A stretch of 32,799 nucleotides of DNA from Bacteroidota bacterium. GTDB taxonomy: Bacteria > Bacteroidota > Bacteroidia > Bacteroidales > CAJPTX01. Location: positions 1-32,799 of the forward strand of contig PDRH01000026.1 in NCBI GenBank assembly GCA_002748015.1. The letters run 5' to 3'. Below are positions 26,984 through 32,799 of this stretch, one piece after another (position 1 is the first letter of the stretch; the number at the start of each line of letters is the position of its first letter). The position numbers and the translations under genes are program-made. A model generated the notes under the pieces. That model was not told the origin of the DNA. It saw only the letters and a list, made by a program, of their open reading frames with translations, and ran no database searches.

Positions 26984-27769
26984 TTATCGCCAGAATGCTT
27001 GTGTGAAGTGTTTTGGTCGCTTGTGCTTTGGTGGGGGAGTCATGTAGTCTTCTCCGTATACTGTGGAAAGGTATGCGTGTACGTCGTTAGGCGCATCGAG
27101 TAGGCGTCCCTCAAATTCTATTTCTGTGGGGTTCTTGAAGATGTGGTGTGGGAAGCTATACTGAAGTTCCTCGATGCTTGTAACTACTTTTGAGCCGTTG
27201 AAATCCTTGACTCTTGTCCATTTGATGTAGCTCGAAAGAAGCGGCTTGTAGCCGATGATTCTGCTGGCCTTCCAGAGTGGCCATGCTATTGCTTTTTTCC
27301 ATGTCGGCATTTGGGGCATGCCGTTATGCACAGCGACCACACGCATTTTGAAGAGTAGCAAAAGTAGCCGGATAATAAGGTTGGGATACTTTGGTTGTCC
27401 ATCTATTGGGAAGATGTCTATCCACAACCCCAGGCCGGGTATTGGGTCTACTAGGGGTTCTTCTACCTGCGTGCGTTTGTCTATCACCTTGATAAAGGGG
27501 TAGTAGTAGTCCTTTTCTCCAGGTATGAATAGTCTGAAACGTTCGGTTTCGATTTTGGTGGCGAGTTCTACCATACGGTTGTAGCTTTCCGTGGGCATGT
27601 AGATATCTATGTCGTCATCCCAGGGGATAAAGCCCTTGTGGCGAACGGCCCCCAGCAGGGTCCCGTAGGCTAGGTAGTATGTTAGCCCGTGCTGTTGGCA
27701 AATGTCAACAATGTAGTCGAGGATTTCAACCTCAACCGTTTTGACCTCTTCAATTGTTAGTGGTTGCAT
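26984..27769 (-). CDS. licD: LicD-family phosphotransferase
   Basis: Motifs YYLAYGTLLGAVRHKGFIPWDDDIDI, WIDIFPID, FEG, YGEDYMTPPP. Start ATG 27769. Confidence 0.93.
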   Translation of the reverse strand: MQPLTIEEVKTVEVEILDYIVDICQQHGLTYYLAYGTLLGAVRHKGFIPWDDDIDIYMPTESYNRMVELATKIETERFRLFIPGEKDYYYPFIKVIDKRTQVEEPLVDPIPGLGLWIDIFPIDGQPKYPNLIIRLLLLLFKMRVVAVHNGMPQMPTWKKAIAWPLWKASRIIGYKPLLSSYIKWTRVKDFNGSKVVTSIEELQYSFPHHIFKNPTEIEFEGRLLDAPNDVHAYLSTVYGEDYMTPPPKHKRPKHFTQAFWR

Positions 27770-27780
27770 CTTCTTGCTTC

Positions 27781-28854
27781 TTATAGACCAATGAATTTGA
27801 TAAATCTTCTCTCCCATAGTATATTATCATCCACAAATTGCTGGAGAAGTGTGGCCCTCTGCGAGAGGTATTGCTGGGGGTTAAGCTCGGCGTAAAATGT
27901 GAGTAGCTTTTCGCCTAGGTTTGCTGTGTCTGTAATGGCTAGCCCCACTCCATACTGTGCAGCATAGGTCCCCTGTACGGTGTCGTGGGTGCAGATCATG
28001 GGGCGTCCGTATAGGAGGGAGTTGTAGAAGCGGTTGGATAGAGCGGCATCCCCATTGGGGTAGCGATTGTAGAAGATGTTCATGAACGATGAGGCCAGGA
28101 TGTAGTCCTCTTCCTCCTCTTTCCTGTAGAAGCCCTCGAATGAGATGTTCTCTACATGGTGGTCCTTGGCGTATTGCTTCAGGTTCTCTTCTTCTGGTCC
28201 CCAGCCCACGAAACGGATGAAGAAGCGATGGTCATTGCTGAGGGCTTTAATAATCGCCGAGTTGGAATCGAAGCTGCGAATGCCTCCTATGGTAAGAACT
28301 TCTATCGCCTCTTGTTGGGTTGGAGCGTTTGCTAGTCCTCGCTCTAGGTTCTGGCTAATTTTATGGCCGTCAAAATTGTGGCAGAGGGTGTATTCTACAT
28401 CTTTCGGTAGGTAGTTGATAAAACCTGGGGATGAGACCACCTGCAATGCGCTGCACTCCAGGGCCTTTCTGAATGGGTACATGAAGGTCTGGTCAAAGCT
28501 CATGTCCCTGTAGTCTATCATGTATTGCCCGCGGTACTCCTTCCTAAGAAAGCGGTATAGAAACGAGGCAACCTGAGGTCCAAAGATGATGAGACGGTCG
28601 TAGTTATTTTGCTTGATTTGCTCTTTGGCGAATGCTGTGAATCCCCAGTATGATGCTATTTTCCCGGTGCTACTCCTTGCGCAGGGTTTGCGGTAGGCGA
28701 TGCCGTTGTTGAGTTCCTCCGCCTTGTTCTCCCTGTCCCAGAAGATGATATCATGCGCTATACCTTGCTCTGCCAGTAGTTGTCGGTATGGGTTGATGAA
28801 GGGGGCAAAGAAGAGGTTCGATGGGACTACGAAGGCGATTCTGAGGCTATTCAT
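27781..28854 (-). CDS. Putative GT-B glycosyltransferase / capsular biosynthesis protein
   Basis: Motifs IIFWDRE, IDYRD, VVSSPGF, TIGGIR, FVGWGP, ALSNRFYNSLLYGRPMI. Start ATG 28854. Confidence 0.7.
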   Translation of the reverse strand: MNSLRIAFVVPSNLFFAPFINPYRQLLAEQGIAHDIIFWDRENKAEELNNGIAYRKPCARSSTGKIASYWGFTAFAKEQIKQNNYDRLIIFGPQVASFLYRFLRKEYRGQYMIDYRDMSFDQTFMYPFRKALECSALQVVSSPGFINYLPKDVEYTLCHNFDGHKISQNLERGLANAPTQQEAIEVLTIGGIRSFDSNSAIIKALSNDHRFFIRFVGWGPEEENLKQYAKDHHVENISFEGFYRKEEEEDYILASSFMNIFYNRYPNGDAALSNRFYNSLLYGRPMICTHDTVQGTYAAQYGVGLAITDTANLGEKLLTFYAELNPQQYLSQRATLLQQFVDDNILWERRFIKFIGL

Positions 28855-28884
28855 GGGGAATGATTTTATCCGTATAATCCGGTG

Positions 28885-28892
28885 CAAAGGTA
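28885..28892 (-). promoter_or_regulatory. -7 box (TACCTTTG) for the minus-strand GT-licD pair
   Basis: The reverse complement reads TA-TACCTTTG-CACC, 30 nt before ATG 28854. Confidence 0.65.
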
Positions 28893-28948
28893 TACAATTG
28901 TAGCAATGTGGGGGGCGTAACATGTTGCATTCTTCCAGTTGGTCATGG

Positions 28949-28978
28949 TTGCCCTAATCGATGGATTGGCTATCTTTG
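28949..28978 (+). promoter_or_regulatory. Bacteroidota promoter TTG-N19-TATCTTTG for the pEtN transferase
   Basis: TTG at 28949-28951, a 19-nt spacer, then TATCTTTG at 28971-28978. Confidence 0.7.
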
Positions 28979-29061
28979 CGAGATATTTAGAGGTGATGAG
29001 GAGCTACCCGCTTCACGCCTCCTAGCCGTTAATAAACACTCTAAGAACCGCTGTTTTTCGT

Positions 29062-30882
29062 ATGCATGGGATAAGTACGTGGTTTACTAGGATAGTACCC
29101 GGGAAGGATGAGGTTCGTCCTATGGGAACCTGGCTTTTTTACTTCACAATACTTGCATTTTTCATTCCTACTGTTTGGGCGTACATAGATGGTTGGGACG
29201 GAATGACTAATAGCTATGCGGCATGGATTTGGTTAGTTGTGGCAGCCTGGTTACTGGGTTTATCCGTGGCGCTAGGTTTGTTACATGAGTGGCTGGCCTC
29301 GTGTTGCTGTGGGCTCGTAGGGCGTTTTGTTCACATGGGTATTGTCCTATGGGTGGCTTTTTGGGGGGCGTTTTCCCTCTATCTGCGCTACAATTTTGGT
29401 TGCGGTATCGGTGAGAGCGTGATAGCGAATATCTATGCGACGAATGAGCGTGAAGCACGTGAGCTGATTTTCAACACCAATATGTTTTCCATGGTGTCCG
29501 TCCCGCTTTACGTGCTTTTGGCTTCTGCCGTTCTGTCCTATATCCTAAGCAGGGTGCTCCCGCTGCGTTTACCCTTTCGCTTGCTGAGGTTCTTGAGATT
29601 CGCCGCGCTGTTGCTATTCGTCTTTTTGGGATGCTTCCATTCGTACACCTTCATGTTCAAGCTCGATGAGGCGCAGGGACCGCTTGTCCGGTATTGGATG
29701 ATGTCCGAGCCAGAGTGCCTTATTTGGGGGCACTTTCGCTACAAGTGGAATATGCAACGTTTCTACGAGCTGCGGTCGCAGAAACGGGAGGTGGAGGTAG
29801 CCGTTACGGATGTTGAGCGTTTGCCTGATAACCTGGTTATTATTGTGGGGGAGAGTACGCGGCGGGAGTACTTGTCGCTCTACGGCTACCCGCTGGAGAC
29901 CACGCCAATGCTTGACAGCATCGCCCAAACGGGGAGCATGGTTGTTTTTGCTAATGCCGTGGCCCCTCGCTTCTCTACGCGGGAATCGGTTCCTGAGAGT
30001 CTGACGACGCATTCAGTTGACAGCGTGGGGCAGGATTGGTTCGTTATGCCTTCGCTACCGGATATCCTTCGTGAAGCGGGCTATGAGACCTTCTGGCTCA
30101 GTGCGCAGCATCCCTTCGGGAAGGAGAGCTGGCCAATCTCTACAGTGGCCTTAGGGTGCGATTCGGTAGCTTTCCTTGAACCCCTGCTGCTGCGTAAGAG
30201 GGGTGGGCTTCGGGTGATTTATCATGACGGAGATTTACTCTCTTACCTGCAGGTTGGGGATTCTACTAGGCGGGTTGCTCTCTTCCTCCATCTCGAGGGC
30301 CACCATACGGATTACCAGAAACGGTATACCGATGAGTTTGCCATTTTTAGTTCTGAGGATATCCCCTACCAAGAGGAAGAGGCGAAGCGGCATGTCCTTG
30401 CGCACTATGCGAACGCTTCGCGCTATAACGATTGGGTGGTATCGGAGGTCGTTAAACGTTACCGTAATACCGATGCGATGGTGTTCTACTTCTCTGATCA
30501 TGCCCAGGCACTCTATGACGACGTAACTAATCCCAATGTGATGGGCCATCTTAAGTCCTACGTAGGTCTGCGTATTCCATTCATGGTCTGGATGTCGGAT
30601 TATGCCTTGCAGCTACCGGATTATAGGGGTGATTTGCGTAGACAAACCATGCAGATCATGCGTAGGGCGCAGGATCGACTCTTTGTAAATGACATTTTCA
30701 CCCAGAGCGTATGTGGTCTCTTGGGAATCGAGGAGGCTAGCATTTCTGCCAAGGAGAATCTATTCTCTCCCGAGTATGATACGCTAAAGGTGAGAAGGAT
30801 TTATGGCGGTTCCTACTTTGGTGCTGATACTGTCGATGCGCTACCTTCGTTCAAGACCTGGCTGGAGGCTCGTATGCAGTAG
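29062..30882 (+). CDS. Phosphoethanolamine transferase (EptA/CptA family, membrane domain + sulfatase-like domain)
   Basis: N-terminal TM helices, then YATNEREARE, IIVGESTRR..SLYGYPLETTP, candidate catalytic Thr in FSTRES, HLEGHH, YFSDH. The start could be ATG 29122. Confidence 0.88.
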   Translation: MHGISTWFTRIVPGKDEVRPMGTWLFYFTILAFFIPTVWAYIDGWDGMTNSYAAWIWLVVAAWLLGLSVALGLLHEWLASCCCGLVGRFVHMGIVLWVAFWGAFSLYLRYNFGCGIGESVIANIYATNEREARELIFNTNMFSMVSVPLYVLLASAVLSYILSRVLPLRLPFRLLRFLRFAALLLFVFLGCFHSYTFMFKLDEAQGPLVRYWMMSEPECLIWGHFRYKWNMQRFYELRSQKREVEVAVTDVERLPDNLVIIVGESTRREYLSLYGYPLETTPMLDSIAQTGSMVVFANAVAPRFSTRESVPESLTTHSVDSVGQDWFVMPSLPDILREAGYETFWLSAQHPFGKESWPISTVALGCDSVAFLEPLLLRKRGGLRVIYHDGDLLSYLQVGDSTRRVALFLHLEGHHTDYQKRYTDEFAIFSSEDIPYQEEEAKRHVLAHYANASRYNDWVVSEVVKRYRNTDAMVFYFSDHAQALYDDVTNPNVMGHLKSYVGLRIPFMVWMSDYALQLPDYRGDLRRQTMQIMRRAQDRLFVNDIFTQSVCGLLGIEEASISAKENLFSPEYDTLKVRRIYGGSYFGADTVDALPSFKTWLEARMQ

Positions 30883-31152
30883 GATTTGCCTTCGGGGGCA
30901 ATAGGGGAAATAATGTCTTCTAATCAAACATCGTATCTGTAGTATGAAGGGGCTTATATTTTGGCCTACTGAGTCTATATGCGAAGCTAGGATTGCCTGG
31001 AGGCTAGACAGCACCATTTTGCTTCTCACGGGTAGTTTTCATCGATACGGTGCGCTTTTTAAAGTGCGGAGTTTACTCGCATGGGATACGATGAGTTCAA
31101 CGCCAGTATTTTCAAGAGCCGCATAGTTTTTGCTTCCGCTCTTAGCTGATGC

Positions 31153-31182
31153 TTGTAGAATGCCTTGGCCTGTGTACCTTTG
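31153..31182 (+). promoter_or_regulatory. Bacteroidota promoter TTG-N19-TACCTTTG for the GT2
   Basis: TTG at 31153-31155, a 19-nt spacer, then TACCTTTG at 31175-31182. Confidence 0.7.
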
Positions 31183-31237
31183 CGTTTGATATGGTATTCT
31201 CATTGTTGAAACCTTGCTTGATTTATACGGCTTGTCC

Positions 31238-32011
31238 ATGACTCACTTTGCACCTTCTGAGCGTTTTCCTTTGGTCTCTGTTATTATGCCCTGCTATAAT
31301 GCGGAGCGTTTTATTGCCCAGGCAATCGAGTCGGTGGTAGCCCAAACTTACCAGGAATGGGAGCTACTCGTTAGCGATGATTGTAGTACGGATGGTAGCG
31401 TGCCGTTGGTTAAGTCGTACGCTGCCGCTGATGGCCGCATTCGCCTCGTGAAGGCATCGACTAATGGCGGGGCGGCCATGGCGCGCAATGCGGCGATACG
31501 GGTTGCCAAAGGGCGCTTCTTGGCCTTTTTGGATAGCGATGACCTGTGGCACCCTGAGAAGCTAGAACGTCAGATCGCCTTCATGTTGGGCCACCAGCAC
31601 GCCTTTACCTACACCAGCTACGCCATTGTAGATGAGCAGGGGGAGCGATGTGGAACGTCCGTACAGCCCCCCCCTAGCCTCTCCTATAGCGAGTATCTTC
31701 GAAATACAGCAATAGGTTGCTTAACGGTTGTTGTTGATAGGAACCAGCTTGGGGATGTTACCATGCAGAGCCAACCAATGCATGAGGACTTTGCAACATG
31801 GTTGCAGCTCCTCAAGCGGATAGACAGAGCCTATGGGCTTCGGGAGGAACTCGCCTTCTATCGGGTTGTTGCTGATAGCCTCTCCCATAATAAATTGAAG
31901 GCGGCAAAGCAGGTCTGGCGAATCTACAGGGAGGTTGAGGGCTTAGGACTGCTGCGCTCTTTGTATAGTTTTTGGGGATATGCAATTCATGCGGTAATGA
32001 AGCGCCTCTAA
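31238..32011 (+). CDS. GT2 glycosyltransferase (TuaG-like)
   Basis: Motifs VSVIMPCYNAE, SDDCSTD, ARNAAI, AFLDSDDLWHPEKLERQ, HEDF, SLSHNK. Confidence 0.92.
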   Translation: MTHFAPSERFPLVSVIMPCYNAERFIAQAIESVVAQTYQEWELLVSDDCSTDGSVPLVKSYAAADGRIRLVKASTNGGAAMARNAAIRVAKGRFLAFLDSDDLWHPEKLERQIAFMLGHQHAFTYTSYAIVDEQGERCGTSVQPPPSLSYSEYLRNTAIGCLTVVVDRNQLGDVTMQSQPMHEDFATWLQLLKRIDRAYGLREELAFYRVVADSLSHNKLKAAKQVWRIYREVEGLGLLRSLYSFWGYAIHAVMKRL

Positions 32012-32049
32012 TTGTTCTATTCGGTCTACATTGTTTTTCTGAATCTAAT

Positions 32050-32057
32050 TACCTTTG
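32050..32057 (+). promoter_or_regulatory. -7 box (TACCTTTG) upstream of the terminal aminotransferase
   Basis: TAnnTTTG followed by CGC in the intergenic gap. Confidence 0.6.
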
Positions 32058-32110
32058 CGCACATGTAGCCCCATGGGTATATGTTTGGGGTTAATATCAT
32101 ATCTTGGCCT

Positions 32111-32799
32111 ATGAAAGTCCCCTTTTCCCCCCCCTACATAGATGAATCGGTAATCACCGAGGTCAATGCGTCTTTGGCTTCGGGCTGGATTACCACCGGC
32201 CCGAAGGTAAAGGCGCTCGAGGAGCTCCTAGAGGCGCAAACGGGTGCAGGTCGTACGCTATGCGTAAACTCCTGGACTTCGGGGGCTATACTTGTCCTCC
32301 GTTGGCTTGGGTTGCAACCCGGGGATGAGGTTATTCTCCCGGCCTATACGTATAGCGCTACGGCTCTAGCAGTCCTTCATGCTGGTGGAACGCCGGTCAT
32401 GGTGGATGTTGAGGATGATTTCAATATTTCGCTGGAAGCCATCCGGAAGGCCATCACTCCAAGGACAAAGGCTATAATACCGGTAGATATTGCCGGTTAT
32501 CCCTGCGACTACGATGCGATTATGGCGCTCGTGCAGGAACAGCCTGTACGTCAGCTTTTCAACCCGACCTCGGAGGTGCAGGGGTACTTGGGGCGTATCC
32601 TCGTGATGAATGATGCGGCGCACTCCCTTGGGGCAACAGCGCTCAATGGACAGAAAACCGGTGCGTGCTGCGACATTGCCGTATTTTCCCTCCATGCGGT
32701 GAAGAACGTAACCACAGCGGAGGGAGGGGCAATATGCCTGAACCTGCCGTCTCCCTTTGATAATGGTAGCCTCTATGCAGATATGCGCCTCATGACGCT
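32111..32799 (+). CDS. DegT/DnrJ/EryC1 sugar aminotransferase, 3'-truncated (WcfR/PglE-like)
   Basis: Absent from the ORF track because it runs off the window. Translated by hand: MKVPFSPPYIDESVITEV...SGWITTGPKVKALE...NSWTSG...DAAHSLGA...FSLHAVKNVTTAEGG. Confidence 0.9.
   Translation, partial: MKVPFSPPYIDESVITEVNASLASGWITTGPKVKALEELLEAQTGAGRTLCVNSWTSGAILVLRWLGLQPGDEVILPAYTYSATALAVLHAGGTPVMVDVEDDFNISLEAIRKAITPRTKAIIPVDIAGYPCDYDAIMALVQEQPVRQLFNPTSEVQGYLGRILVMNDAAHSLGATALNGQKTGACCDIAVFSLHAVKNVTTAEGGAICLNLPSPFDNGSLYADMRLMT

Noticed and set aside
26981-29061. Minus-strand GT-licD pair as a site-specific invertible cassette
   Set aside because: No inverted repeats were found at its ends by eye, and the + strand stays G/T-rich like its flanks, which suggests long residence in this orientation.
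2265-31237. Longer upstream starts given by the ORF track (2265, 7006, 11119, 17004, 20176, 22303, 22845, 25052, 27817, 28923, 31214)
   Set aside because: The extensions run through terminators, promoters or neighbouring genes, or precede the family-typical N-terminus. Downstream ATGs fit the motifs and coupling better.
30883-31237. 355-nt intergenic region as an ncRNA or small-ORF locus, including a weak hairpin at 30886-30901
   Set aside because: No recognisable RNA family or convincing ORF. The hairpin has only a 5-bp stem and no U-tract. Only the promoter is supportable.
12083-32134. Other G7-G8 and C8 runs (e.g. in rfbB near 12083, vioA near 15190, ATP-grasp 3 near 21039, GT2 near 31667, and near 32127)
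   Set aside because: All are in frame and explained by Gly-Gly or Pro-Pro codons in a skewed sequence, so they are not evidence of phase variation by themselves.
676-32695. Numerous antisense and alternate-frame ORFs in the track (e.g. 1309-2130, 12549-13139, 14597-15211, 17873-18580, 32366-32695)
   Set aside because: They overlap well-supported genes, have no recognisable motifs, and are expected shadow ORFs in GC-rich DNA.
1-32799. CRISPR arrays, tRNA/rRNA genes, prophage genes
   Set aside because: No regularly spaced repeats, cloverleaf or rRNA signatures, or phage hallmark proteins were seen, and nearly all the sequence is accounted for by CDSs.

Overview
A Bacteroidota-type surface-polysaccharide (O-antigen/capsule/glycan) biosynthesis locus of about 30 kb, preceded by a truncated hypothetical gene and a methyl-accepting chemotaxis protein. 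The phylum assignment is inferred from recurrent TAnnTTTG(C) -7 promoter boxes in the intergenic gaps. Gene order: wecB-wecC (UDP-ManNAcA); a legB/legC/legH-like + glycosyltransferase + ptmE-like block that lacks legG/legI/legF; a WbpP-like epimerase; rfbA-rfbB-wzx-vioA; an intruding AAA ATPase + RloB pair; three tandem ATP-grasp genes (the middle one frameshifted at a G10 run); a DegT-fold protein; a GNAT; a WecF-like GT; wzy; a LicC-like/CobD-like fusion facing licD and a GT on the minus strand; an EptA-type phosphoethanolamine transferase; a GT2; and a partial DegT-family aminotransferase. The best candidates for new biology are the RloA/RloB-like module wired into the operon with its own embedded promoter, a truncated legionaminic-acid pathway that may donate NDP-diNAcBac directly, and a triple ATP-grasp amide-ligase cassette that may be phase-variable. 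All family calls come from motif recognition by eye; no database searches were run.
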